Below are positions 37,833 through 49,564 of a DNA stretch of 64,000 bases, in pieces (the stretch's first letter is position 1; every line of letters starts with the position of its first letter). The DNA comes from Escherichia coli (GTDB lineage Bacteria > Pseudomonadota > Gammaproteobacteria > Enterobacterales > Enterobacteriaceae). The stretch is taken from NCBI RefSeq assembly GCF_003018255.1, contig NZ_CP027440.1. One strand, 5' to 3'. The notes under the pieces are model-generated. The model worked only from the letters and a program-made list of their open reading frames with translations. It did not search any database and was not told the DNA's origin. The translations under genes were made by a program, and so were the position numbers.

Positions 37833-38211
37833 TCTGTAAGGTCAGTGTGATTAACATCATCAGTGACATCCTATCACAGGATTGAAAGTAGGGGGAAATG
37901 GCGGGGTTTTCTCTTTGTGCCTCATCATTACTATAATTAACTGAATAATTAACTATTGCGAAAAATTAATGTAACGCAGATAAAAACATCCCGATTGAAT
38001 TATTCATAAGACTATTAACAAGTATTATGAATATTATGAATGTGTTCTTACAAAATAATCATAAGCGCATATTTTTTAATGAAAAATCACCTCATCTACA
38101 ATTAAAAACACGACATCCGCACCATAAATAGCCTTGCAAAAAATATAACATCATTGTTTTCAATCTGCCGTTTATGGGATTGACCATTTTCTTTTGACAC
38201 GGAGTTCAACA

Positions 38212-39579
38212 ATGTTCGGCATAATTATATCTGTCATCGTATTAATTACGATGGGCTATTTGATCCTGAAAAACTACAAACCTCAGGTGGTGCTGGCTGC
38301 CGCAGGTATCTTCCTGATGATGTGCGGTGTCTGGTTAGGGTTCGGTGGTGTGCTCGATCCCGCCAAAAGCAGCGGCTACTTGATCGTCGATATTTATAAT
38401 GAAATCCTGCGCATGCTGTCCAACCGCATTGCTGGATTGGGGCTGTCGATTATGGCAGTGGGCGGTTATGCCCGCTATATGGAGCGCATAGGGGCAAGTC
38501 GCGCGATGGTGAGCTTGTTAAGCCGCCCGTTAAAACTCATTCGCTCGCCGTATATTATTCTGTCGGCAACTTACGTCATCGGCCAAATCATGGCGCAGTT
38601 TATTACCAGCGCCTCCGGTCTGGGTATGTTGCTGATGGTCACCTTATTTCCGACGCTGGTGAGTCTGGGAGTAAGTCGTCTCTCTGCGGTGGCGGTTATC
38701 GCAACCACCATGTCCATTGAGTGGGGGATTCTGGAAACGAACTCCATTTTTGCTGCCCAGGTCGCAGGAATGAAAATTGCCACTTACTTCTTCCACTACC
38801 AGCTTCCGGTCGCCTCTTGCATCATTATCTCGGTGGCGATCTCCCACTTTTTCGTGCAATGCGCTTTCGACAAAAAAGATAAAAATATCAATCACGAACA
38901 GGCAGAGCAAAAAGCTCTCGATAATGTCCCGCCGCTCTATTACGCCATTTTACCGGTGATGCCGTTAATCCTGATGCTCGGCTCGCTGTTCCTTGCCCAC
39001 GTCGGGCTGATGCAGTCAGAACTGCATCTGGTGGTGGTGATGTTACTGAGTTTGACGGTGACGCTGTTTGTTGAGTTCTTCCGCAAGCATAACTTGCGCG
39101 AAACAATGGACGATGTGCAGGCGTTTTTTGACGGCATGGGTACGCAGTTTGCCAACGTGGTAACGCTGGTGGTCGCGGGTGAAATATTTGCGAAAGGCTT
39201 AACGACGATTGGCACTGTCGATGCGGTTATCAGGGGGGCGGAGCATTCTGGTCTGGGCGGTATTGGCGTGATGATTATTATGGCGCTGGTCATTGCCATT
39301 GGTGCCATTGTGATGGGCTCAGGCAATGCGCCGTTTATGTCATTTGCCAGTCTTATTCCGAATATCGCAGCCGGACTACATGTACCAGCGGTTGTAATGA
39401 TTATGCCGATGCATTTTGCCACGACGCTAGCGCGCGCTGTTTCGCCGATTACTGCGGTGGTGGTCGTTACGTCAGGAATTGCAGGCGTTTCGCCTTTTGC
39501 GGTAGTGAAGCGGACAGCGATCCCCATGGCAGTCGGTTTCGTGGTGAATATGATTGCCACTATCACGCTATTTTATTAA
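38212..39579 (+). CDS. dcuD: Putative anaerobic C4-dicarboxylate transporter DcuD (DcuC family)
   Basis: The canonical 455 aa form starts at [25 protein letters not shown] and is preceded by ACGGAG. The ORF-track TTG start 6 codons upstream was not used. Confidence 0.93.
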   Translation: MFGIIISVIVLITMGYLILKNYKPQVVLAAAGIFLMMCGVWLGFGGVLDPAKSSGYLIVDIYNEILRMLSNRIAGLGLSIMAVGGYARYMERIGASRAMVSLLSRPLKLIRSPYIILSATYVIGQIMAQFITSASGLGMLLMVTLFPTLVSLGVSRLSAVAVIATTMSIEWGILETNSIFAAQVAGMKIATYFFHYQLPVASCIIISVAISHFFVQCAFDKKDKNINHEQAEQKALDNVPPLYYAILPVMPLILMLGSLFLAHVGLMQSELHLVVVMLLSLTVTLFVEFFRKHNLRETMDDVQAFFDGMGTQFANVVTLVVAGEIFAKGLTTIGTVDAVIRGAEHSGLGGIGVMIIMALVIAIGAIVMGSGNAPFMSFASLIPNIAAGLHVPAVVMIMPMHFATTLARAVSPITAVVVVTSGIAGVSPFAVVKRTAIPMAVGFVVNMIATITLFY

Positions 39580-39593
39580 GCGATTAAAAAGAC

Positions 39594-39618
39594 AAAACAG
39601 GCCGCCAGGGCCTGTTTT
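39594..39618. terminator. Bidirectional rho-independent terminator between dcuD and sspB
   Basis: AAAACAGGCCgccagGGCCTGTTTT has a stem flanked by A4 and T4, between convergent stops. Confidence 0.8.
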
Positions 39619-39622
39619 CATT

Positions 39623-40120
39623 TTACTTCACAACGCGTAATGCCGGTCGACCACCGCGTGGTGGCTGCGGAGGTTCATCGTCAGGATGAGTGTCATCATC
39701 GTGATCTGGCTTGTCGCCATCAATAACCGACATAACGGTTTCGTTGTCTGCCGATGCCTCTTCATCATTCATGATGCTGGCATCTTCATCGTAGGCAGCT
39801 TCAGGTTCAAACATCGTGCCTGCGCCATTTTCACGGGCGTAGATAGCCAGCACGGCAGCCAGCGGCACAGAAACCTGACGCGGAATGCCACCAAAGCGCG
39901 CGTTAAAGCGCACCTCATCATTCGCCAGTTCCAGATTGCCGACAGCTCGCGGCGCAATGTTGAGTACGATTTGCCCGTCACGCGCATATTCCATAGGAAC
40001 CTGCACGCCAGGGAGCGTCACATCCACCACCAGGTGCGGCGTGAGCTGGTTATCCAGCAACCACTCATAGAATGCACGCAGCAGATAGGGACGACGTGGT
40101 GTTAGCTGTGACAAATCCAT
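39623..40120 (-). CDS. sspB: ClpXP specificity-enhancing adaptor SspB
   Basis: The 165 aa ORF begins MDLSQLTPRRPYLLRAFYEWLLDN and ends in the ClpX-binding tail RGGRPALRVVK. Confidence 0.98.
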   Translation of the reverse strand: MDLSQLTPRRPYLLRAFYEWLLDNQLTPHLVVDVTLPGVQVPMEYARDGQIVLNIAPRAVGNLELANDEVRFNARFGGIPRQVSVPLAAVLAIYARENGAGTMFEPEAAYDEDASIMNDEEASADNETVMSVIDGDKPDHDDDTHPDDEPPQPPRGGRPALRVVK

Positions 40121-40125
40121 ACAGA

Positions 40126-40764
40126 TTAACTCCGGCCCAGACGCATTTCACGTTCAGCTTCAGTTAAAGAAGCAAGGAAAGAGTCACGCTCAAAGACGCG
40201 GGTCATATAGCCTTTCAGCTCTTTCGCACCCGGGCCGCTGAACTCGATGCCCAGTTGCGGCAGACGCCACAGCAGAGGAGCAAGGTAGCAATCGACCAGG
40301 CTGAACTCATCGCTCAGGAAGTACGGCTTCTGACCGAAGACCGGCGCAATCGCCAGCAGTTCTTCGCGCAGTTGCTTACGTGCGGCATCGGCTTCAGAAG
40401 CTGAACCGTTGATGATGGTGTTCATCAGCGTGTACCAGTCTTTTTCGATGCGATGCATGTACAGACGGCTTTCACCGCGAGCTACCGGGTAAACAGGCAT
40501 CAGTGGCGGATGCGGGAAACGCTCATCCAGATATTCCATAATGATGCGAGATTCCCACAGGGTCAGCTCACGATCCACCAGGGTCGGAACGCTCTGATTC
40601 GGGTTGAGGTCAATCAGATCCTGAGGCGGATTGTCCTTTTCCACGTGTTCGATCTCGAAACTTACACCTTTCTCAGCCAGCACAATGCGGACCTGATGGC
40701 TATAGATGTCAGTAGGACCGGAAAACAGCGTCATTACCGAACGTTTGTTGGCAGCGACAGCCAT
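40126..40764 (-). CDS. sspA: Stringent starvation protein A
   Basis: The 212 aa GST-like ORF begins MAVAANKRSVMTLFSG.. and is recognised as SspA. Confidence 0.98.
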   Translation of the reverse strand: MAVAANKRSVMTLFSGPTDIYSHQVRIVLAEKGVSFEIEHVEKDNPPQDLIDLNPNQSVPTLVDRELTLWESRIIMEYLDERFPHPPLMPVYPVARGESRLYMHRIEKDWYTLMNTIINGSASEADAARKQLREELLAIAPVFGQKPYFLSDEFSLVDCYLAPLLWRLPQLGIEFSGPGAKELKGYMTRVFERDSFLASLTEAEREMRLGRS

Positions 40765-41100
40765 GAAAACCTCCAGGTATAGTCAGAATTTTTACTGCTA
40801 CCAGCCACCAGGTGGCCAGTCAGAAGTTGTGTTACCCAGTAAGGAACGACTCTCTTTGTTCGAAAATCAAACAAAAAATGAGCAATACCCGACATTTGGG
40901 CAGAAAATTGGATGATAGTTTACCAGATTTTGCGACCTTTGTGGTGAGTCGATGCCGGAAATGGGGAAAAAGAGATGCGCTTTAGTCTGAAATAGTTGAC
41001 TTAGTCCCTTATTGGCGATGTGGTTTTTGTTTTACCTGTCTGTCAGGTGGCAGCAAAAAGCAACTTCCCATTTTTTACGCTGATGCAGATTTTAGCCATA

Positions 41101-41126
41101 AAAAAACCCGCCGAAGCGGGTTTTTT
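41101..41126 (-). terminator. Rho-independent terminator of rplM-rpsI
   Basis: AAAAAACCCGCcgaaGCGGGTTTTTT lies 33 nt downstream of the rpsI stop. Confidence 0.88.
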
Positions 41127-41158
41127 CGCAAATTGTTTTCTGCCGGAGCAGAAGCCAA

Positions 41159-41554
<396 letters not shown>

Positions 41555-41566
41555 CTATAATCCCGA

Positions 41567-42082
<516 letters not shown>

Positions 42083-42213
42083 CTACCCCTTCGAATAGCC
42101 TATGCCAGCACACAAAAAGTTTTGGGAAAAAAACTTTCTTGTAACGTGGGGTCGCAGGATTATAGAGAAGTCGGGGTCAAAGATCGACCCCTTTTTGTGA
42201 TTTGTGGCAGGTT

Positions 42214-43341
42214 TTAACCCGCCAAATGCTCGCGCTTCAGATACTCTTCGCTTTGCATCTCTTGCAGACGTGACAGGCAACGCTGGAACTCAAATTTCAG
42301 CCGCTCGCCCTGATAAATGTCATATAGCGGCACTTCTGCACTCACCACTAATTTGACATGGCGCTCGTAAAACTCATCCACCAGCGCAATAAAACGTCGC
42401 GCTTCGCTCTCCATCAACCGCGTCATAACTGGTACATCAAACAACATGACTGTGTGAAAGAGGCGTGAGAGCGCAATATAGTCATGCTGACTGCGGGCGT
42501 CGACGCACAGCGTAGTAAAAGAGACCGCCAGCGTCTGGTTCTCGACGCCCATTGTCGCCAGCGGCCGATGGTTGATTTCTAATGTCGGTGAATTTTCTCG
42601 TTTCGCCCCCGCCAGCGCCAACCATAGTTTATCCATTTGCGCCCGGGTTTCATCGTTGAGGGGCGAAAGCCACAGATGCGCCTGAGTGAGTGTACGCAGT
42701 CGATAATCAACACCAGCGTCCACGTTCATTACATCACAATGCTGTTTAATGGCATCGATTGCAGGCAAAAAACGCGCACGTTGTAGGCCATTTCGATAAA
42801 GTTCGTCCGGCGGAATATTTGACGTCGCTACCAGGGTAATACCGCGGGCGAACAGGGCTTTCATCAGACCGCCAAGTAGCATGGCATCGGTAATATCAGA
42901 AACAAAAAATTCGTCAAAACAGAGCACGTCAGTTTCTGCTTTAAAGCGATCGGCAATAATTTCCAGCGGATCGGTCTGCCCCTGCAAAGCAGTTAGCTCT
43001 TCATGTACCCGCAGCATAAAACGGTGAAAGTGCAGACGCTGTTTCCGCTCTCCCGGCAGGCTTTGATAGAAAAGGTCCATCAGCCAGGTTTTCCCGCGTC
43101 CTACACCGCCCCACATATATAAGCCACGCACTGGCGTATGCTTTGTGTCTTCGCGTTTACCCCACAGCTTACCGACCCGCGCCATTAGCCCACTCGTCCT
43201 GGGGGCTGGAGGCGTGCTATTGATGAGTTCCTGATAAATAATTTCCAGGCGGCTGACGGCCTCTTTTTGAACGTCGTCGGGTTGATGGCTGCCTTCATTG
43301 AGCGCCTTCAGGTATTGCGATGTTGGGGTAACGCTTTGCAT
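42214..43341 (-). CDS. zapE: Cell division ATPase ZapE (YhcM)
   Basis: The 375 aa AFG1-like ATPase has Walker A GGVGRGKT and Walker B LCFDEFFV. Confidence 0.95.
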   Translation of the reverse strand: MQSVTPTSQYLKALNEGSHQPDDVQKEAVSRLEIIYQELINSTPPAPRTSGLMARVGKLWGKREDTKHTPVRGLYMWGGVGRGKTWLMDLFYQSLPGERKQRLHFHRFMLRVHEELTALQGQTDPLEIIADRFKAETDVLCFDEFFVSDITDAMLLGGLMKALFARGITLVATSNIPPDELYRNGLQRARFLPAIDAIKQHCDVMNVDAGVDYRLRTLTQAHLWLSPLNDETRAQMDKLWLALAGAKRENSPTLEINHRPLATMGVENQTLAVSFTTLCVDARSQHDYIALSRLFHTVMLFDVPVMTRLMESEARRFIALVDEFYERHVKLVVSAEVPLYDIYQGERLKFEFQRCLSRLQEMQSEEYLKREHLAG

Positions 43342-43534
43342 GATCTTATTGTTATTCCTTGAATAATCGGTGCGCCGTTGTTCACGGTTGACGAAAAAAA
43401 GGCCGTTCTACACTACGCGATATGCAGTCGGGATTCCACTTCTGTGGAATTAACGGTTATAGTGGCATAATCAGCCGCAGGCATGGAGCCTGAAGCCAAC
43501 ACCCTACGGAAACAAAAGACAACGGGAGATGTTC

Positions 43535-43933
43535 ATGACCTGGGAATATGCGCTAATTGGGTTAGTCGTCGGCATCATTATTGGTGCTGTGGCCATGCGT
43601 TTTGGTAATCGTAAACTACGCCAGCAACAGGCGTTGCAGTACGAACTGGAAAAGAATAAAGCTGAACTGGACGAGTATCGCGAAGAGCTGGTTAGCCACT
43701 TTGCCCGCAGCGCGGAATTACTGGATACCATGGCGCACGACTATCGCCAGCTGTATCAACACATGGCGAAAAGCTCCAGCAGCCTGCTGCCGGAACTGTC
43801 TGCTGAAGCAAACCCGTTCCGTAATCGTCTGGCAGAGTCTGAAGCCAGCAACGATCAGGCACCGGTGCAAATGCCTCGCGACTATTCTGAAGGCGCATCC
43901 GGCCTACTGCGTACTGGCGCGAAGCGCGACTAA
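43535..43933 (+). CDS. zapG: Inner-membrane cell-envelope/division protein ZapG (YhcB)
   Basis: The canonical 132 aa form starts at MTWEYALIGLVVGIIIGAVAM (N-terminal TM, then coiled coil). The ORF track offers a Met 2 codons upstream. Confidence 0.93.
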   Translation: MTWEYALIGLVVGIIIGAVAMRFGNRKLRQQQALQYELEKNKAELDEYREELVSHFARSAELLDTMAHDYRQLYQHMAKSSSSLLPELSAEANPFRNRLAESEASNDQAPVQMPRDYSEGASGLLRTGAKRD

Positions 43934-43943
43934 TTTATTTTTC

Positions 43944-43962
43944 GGGCGCAGCCATTGCGCCC
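43944..43962 (+). terminator. Probable terminator hairpin after zapG
   Basis: GGGCGCAgccatTGCGCCC is followed by a T/C-rich stretch and lies 11 nt after the stop. Confidence 0.5.
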
Positions 43963-44086
43963 TCCTCTTCTCTCCCTCCCCGACTATCATTTAATCTGGT
44001 GTCTCATTGTTAGCCGTCTGAAAATTCAATAACATCAAACTGTTTTGAATCTCTTTTCTTATCATTCAGGTACGAGAGTAGGAATA

Positions 44087-45454
44087 ATGAAAAAACAAAC
44101 CCAGCTGTTGAGTGCATTAGCGTTAAGTGTCGGGTTAACTCTCTCGGCGTCATTTCAGGCCGTTGCGTCGATTCCAGGCCAGGTTGCCGATCAGGCCCCT
44201 CTCCCCAGTCTGGCCCCAATGCTGGAAAAAGTGCTTCCGGCAGTGGTGAGCGTACGGGTGGAAGGAACGGCCAGTCAGGGACAGAAAATCCCGGAAGAAT
44301 TCAAAAAGTTTTTTGGTGATGATTTACCGGATCAACCGGCACAACCCTTCGAAGGTTTAGGCTCCGGTGTCATCATCAACGCCAGTAAAGGCTATGTGCT
44401 GACTAACAACCATGTGATTAATCAGGCACAGAAAATCAGTATTCAGCTCAATGATGGGCGCGAGTTTGATGCAAAACTGATTGGTAGCGATGACCAGAGC
44501 GATATCGCCCTGTTGCAAATTCAAAACCCGAGCAAATTAACGCAAATCGCTATTGCCGACTCCGATAAATTGCGCGTCGGTGATTTTGCCGTGGCGGTCG
44601 GTAACCCATTTGGCCTTGGGCAAACCGCCACCTCTGGCATTGTTTCCGCATTAGGCCGCAGTGGGTTGAATCTTGAAGGTCTGGAAAACTTTATCCAGAC
44701 AGATGCTTCCATTAACCGCGGTAACTCCGGCGGTGCACTGTTAAATCTTAACGGTGAGTTAATTGGCATCAACACGGCAATCCTTGCGCCTGGTGGCGGG
44801 AGCGTCGGGATTGGATTTGCCATCCCCAGTAATATGGCGCGAACACTGGCGCAGCAGCTTATCGACTTTGGTGAAATCAAACGCGGTCTGTTAGGCATCA
44901 AAGGCACAGAGATGAGTGCCGATATCGCCAAAGCCTTCAACCTTGACGTGCAGCGTGGCGCGTTTGTCAGCGAAGTGTTGCCAGGTTCTGGCTCGGCAAA
45001 AGCGGGCGTCAAAGCGGGCGATATTATTACCAGCCTCAACGGCAAACCGCTGAATAGCTTTGCTGAGTTGCGCTCTCGTATCGCAACCACCGAGCCGGGC
45101 ACGAAAGTGAAGCTTGGCCTGCTGCGTAACGGCAAACCACTGGAAGTAGAAGTGACGCTCGATACCAGCACCTCTTCGTCGGCCAGCGCTGAAATGATCA
45201 CGCCAGCGCTTGAAGGTGCAACGTTGAGCGATGGTCAGCTAAAAGATGGCGGCAAAGGTATTAAGATCGATGAGGTTGTCAAAGGAAGCCCAGCTGCTCA
45301 GGCAGGCTTGCAAAAAGACGATGTGATCATTGGCGTCAACCGCGATCGGGTGAACTCGATTGCTGAAATGCGTAAAGTGCTGGCGGCAAAACCGGCCATC
45401 ATCGCCCTGCAAATTGTACGCGGCAATGAAAGCATCTATCTGCTGATGCGTTAA
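44087..45454 (+). CDS. degQ: Periplasmic serine endoprotease DegQ (HhoA)
   Basis: The canonical 455 aa form starts at MKKQTQLLSALALSVGLTLSASFQAVA (signal peptide). It has the catalytic motif GNSGGAL and two PDZ domains. Confidence 0.97.
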   Translation: MKKQTQLLSALALSVGLTLSASFQAVASIPGQVADQAPLPSLAPMLEKVLPAVVSVRVEGTASQGQKIPEEFKKFFGDDLPDQPAQPFEGLGSGVIINASKGYVLTNNHVINQAQKISIQLNDGREFDAKLIGSDDQSDIALLQIQNPSKLTQIAIADSDKLRVGDFAVAVGNPFGLGQTATSGIVSALGRSGLNLEGLENFIQTDASINRGNSGGALLNLNGELIGINTAILAPGGGSVGIGFAIPSNMARTLAQQLIDFGEIKRGLLGIKGTEMSADIAKAFNLDVQRGAFVSEVLPGSGSAKAGVKAGDIITSLNGKPLNSFAELRSRIATTEPGTKVKLGLLRNGKPLEVEVTLDTSTSSSASAEMITPALEGATLSDGQLKDGGKGIKIDEVVKGSPAAQAGLQKDDVIIGVNRDRVNSIAEMRKVLAAKPAIIALQIVRGNESIYLLMR

Positions 45455-45543
45455 TGTCGTAAACCGGGCATCAGGCTGACGTGTGATGTCCGGTTAACTC
45501 GTGGTATGCTGCTGCCGTTCCCTTTTTTAATGACGCCTCCATC

Positions 45544-46611
45544 ATGTTTGTGAAGCTCTTACGTTCCGTTGCGATTGGATTAATTGTCGGCGCTATTCTG
45601 CTGGTTGCCATGCCTTCGCTGCGCAGCCTTAACCCGCTTTCCACTCCGCAATTTGACAGTACCGATGAGACGCCTGCCAGCTATAATCTGGCGGTTCGCC
45701 GCGCCGCGCCAGCGGTGGTTAACGTTTACAACCGTGGTTTGAACACCAACTCTCACAACCAGCTTGAGATCCGCACCCTGGGATCCGGTGTAATCATGGA
45801 TCAACGCGGTTATATCATCACCAATAAACACGTCATCAACGACGCCGATCAGATCATCGTCGCCTTACAGGATGGACGTGTTTTTGAAGCGTTACTGGTT
45901 GGCTCTGACTCTCTAACCGATCTGGCGGTGCTGAAAATTAACGCCACAGGCGGTTTACCAACGATTCCGATCAATCCACGCCGCGTACCGCACATTGGCG
46001 ATGTGGTTCTGGCGATCGGTAACCCGTACAACCTCGGGCAGACCATTACCCAGGGGATTATCAGTGCCACGGGTCGAATCGGTCTGAACCCGACCGGGCG
46101 GCAAAACTTCCTGCAAACCGATGCTTCCATTAACCACGGTAACTCTGGCGGCGCGCTGGTGAACTCGCTGGGCGAACTGATGGGCATTAACACGCTGTCG
46201 TTTGATAAGAGTAACGATGGCGAAACGCCGGAAGGTATCGGCTTTGCGATTCCTTTCCAGTTAGCGACCAAAATTATGGATAAACTGATCCGTGATGGCC
46301 GTGTGATCCGTGGCTACATTGGCATTGGTGGACGTGAGATCGCCCCATTACATGCGCAGAGTGGCGGCATGGATCAACTGCAAGGGATCGTGGTTAACGA
46401 AGTGTCGCCTGATGGCCCAGCGGCAAATGCAGGCATCCAGGTCAACGATCTGATTATCTCTGTGAATAACAAACCCGCTATTTCCGCCCTGGAGACAATG
46501 GATCAGGTCGCGGAAATTCGCCCTGGTTCGGTGATCCCGGTTGTCGTGATGCGTGACGATAAACAGTTAACATTGCAGGTCACCATTCAGGAATATCCGG
46601 CGACCAACTAA
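45544..46611 (+). CDS. degS: RseA site-1 protease DegS (HhoB)
   Basis: The 355 aa ORF has an N-terminal TM anchor, the catalytic motif GNSGGAL and a single PDZ domain. Confidence 0.97.
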   Translation: MFVKLLRSVAIGLIVGAILLVAMPSLRSLNPLSTPQFDSTDETPASYNLAVRRAAPAVVNVYNRGLNTNSHNQLEIRTLGSGVIMDQRGYIITNKHVINDADQIIVALQDGRVFEALLVGSDSLTDLAVLKINATGGLPTIPINPRRVPHIGDVVLAIGNPYNLGQTITQGIISATGRIGLNPTGRQNFLQTDASINHGNSGGALVNSLGELMGINTLSFDKSNDGETPEGIGFAIPFQLATKIMDKLIRDGRVIRGYIGIGGREIAPLHAQSGGMDQLQGIVVNEVSPDGPAANAGIQVNDLIISVNNKPAISALETMDQVAEIRPGSVIPVVVMRDDKQLTLQVTIQEYPATN

Positions 46612-46629
46612 GGTCAGCGTAAAAAAACA

Positions 46630-46657
46630 AAAACCGGAGTCTGTGCTCCGGTTTTTT
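46630..46657. terminator. Bidirectional rho-independent terminator between degS and mdh
   Basis: AAAACCGGAGtctgtgCTCCGGTTTTTT has a perfect stem flanked by an A-run and a T-run. Confidence 0.88.
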
Positions 46658-46673
46658 ATTATCCGCTAATCAA

Positions 46674-47687
<1,014 letters not shown>

Positions 47688-47984
47688 TTACAATGACCAC
47701 ATCTCAAGAATGTGTAGTCACGCAAGTTTAGCGTTTATGCATTTAATTGCCGTAATCAGGAACCTAACTTACGTAATTAACAGTCGCTTATGCATTAGCG
47801 CAACATTCCAACAGGTGGTGACAATATACCCTACCGTTCAGCCAAAACAACATCAATTTGATAACAATTAATTTACTTTTAAGCAGAATTTGCATGCCGT
47901 GACGCAGGCATGTTTCTCAATAACGAAATTTGATAAAATCCCGCTCTTTCATAACATTATTTCAGCCTTCTTCAGGGCTGACTG

Positions 47985-48023
47985 TTTGCATAAAAATTCA
48001 TCTGTATGCACAATAATGTTGTA
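47985..48023 (+). promoter_or_regulatory. ARG boxes (ArgR autoregulation) in the argR promoter
   Basis: TTTGCATAAAAATTCATC is a near-match to the ARG box consensus wnTGAATwwwwATTCAnw. It is followed directly by a weaker second box (TGTATGCACAATAATGTT). argR is known to be autoregulated. Confidence 0.55.
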
Positions 48024-48043
48024 TCAACCACCATATCGGGTGA

Positions 48044-48517
<474 letters not shown>

Positions 48518-48882
48518 TCTCTGCCCCGTCGCTTCTGGCGGCGGGGAAAATGTTGCTTTTCCCTCTCACCCCCCCTGCTTTCTCCTGCGATTAATTTAAC
48601 GAATAGTGCGTTTTATCGCGACATATCATTCACATAATGAATACATGGGTTAAAAAAAGCACATTATGCAAAATTCATTATCTAATTGAAAAGAATAGAA
48701 TTAATAATAAATAATCGTGTTTTTAATTCTTTTTTGTTATTAAAACTCACATTTTTAACACTTAGTATCAACTGAAACAGTTAGCGTGGTATTAATTAGT
48801 TCAATAATTAGTGTATACTTGATTTTGTGATATGGGTCACGAAACAAAGGCCCAGCTAAAAGATTATGTCGAGGTAAAAATC

Positions 48883-49146
48883 ATGAAAATCAAAACCACT
48901 GTTACTGCATTAAGCGTACTTTCTGTTCTCTCTTTCGGTGCATTCGCTGCCGACTCCATTGATGCTGCACAAGCACAAAATCGTGAAGCAATCGGGACCG
49001 TATCCGTAAGTGGTGTGGCGTCTTCGCCAATGGATATGCGTGAAATGCTGAACAAAAAAGCGGAAGAGAAAGGCGCAACGGCCTACCAGATTACTGAAGC
49101 TCGTAGCGGTGACACCTGGCACGCTACGGCTGAACTGTACAAATAA
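48883..49146 (+). CDS. yhcN: YdgH/BhsA/McbA-family (DUF1471) periplasmic stress protein YhcN
   Basis: The canonical 87 aa form starts at MKIKTTV..SFGAFA (signal peptide) and is preceded by GAGG. The ORF-track extension was rejected. Confidence 0.92.
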   Translation: MKIKTTVTALSVLSVLSFGAFAADSIDAAQAQNREAIGTVSVSGVASSPMDMREMLNKKAEEKGATAYQITEARSGDTWHATAELYK

Positions 49147-49173
49147 ACCCTCATCGTCTTGTCCGACGATATT

Positions 49174-49197
49174 GCCCCCGGTTCGGGGGCTTTTTTT
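49174..49197 (+). terminator. Rho-independent terminator of yhcN
   Basis: GCCCCCGgttCGGGGGC is followed by TTTTTTT. Confidence 0.88.
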
Positions 49198-49200
49198 GCG

Positions 49201-49473
49201 CTAATGACGAACATTAAAACGCAAATGCCCTTCCAGCTCTTCCTCTGCCTCATCAAACAGCAATATTAACGCGCCAAAACGGCGACGCGTTTTCTCTCCC
49301 AGATGAACAAATTCAATCTCAAGTGGTAGCGGCAGGACATCGTTCATTAACACATCCCATAGTGAGTCGAGATCGCGTACCTTATCTTTCGCCAGACCAA
49401 AGGCTTGGCTGAAGTCGCGATAAAAATCCTCCTGACTCTCAATCTCATCAAAATCAAAGGTATAAATATTCAT
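49201..49473 (-). CDS. yhcO: Barstar-like (RNase inhibitor family) protein YhcO
   Basis: The 90 aa acidic ORF is recognised as YhcO (barstar family). Confidence 0.88.
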   Translation of the reverse strand: MNIYTFDFDEIESQEDFYRDFSQAFGLAKDKVRDLDSLWDVLMNDVLPLPLEIEFVHLGEKTRRRFGALILLFDEAEEELEGHLRFNVRH

Positions 49474-49564
49474 CTGTTGCCACCGTCACGTTTCACGGCG
49501 AGTTCTGCCGTTCATCGCTAAGTATAGCCATGAAAAAACCGACGCTTCGGGCGTCGGTTTTGAC

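Noticed and set aside
44087-46611. degQ and degS are tandem HtrA-family paralogues, which might suggest a recent duplication or a novel protease pair.
   Set aside because: This is a well-known ancient paralogue pair (hhoA/hhoB) with distinct domain structures (two PDZ domains versus a TM anchor plus one PDZ). It is not novel.
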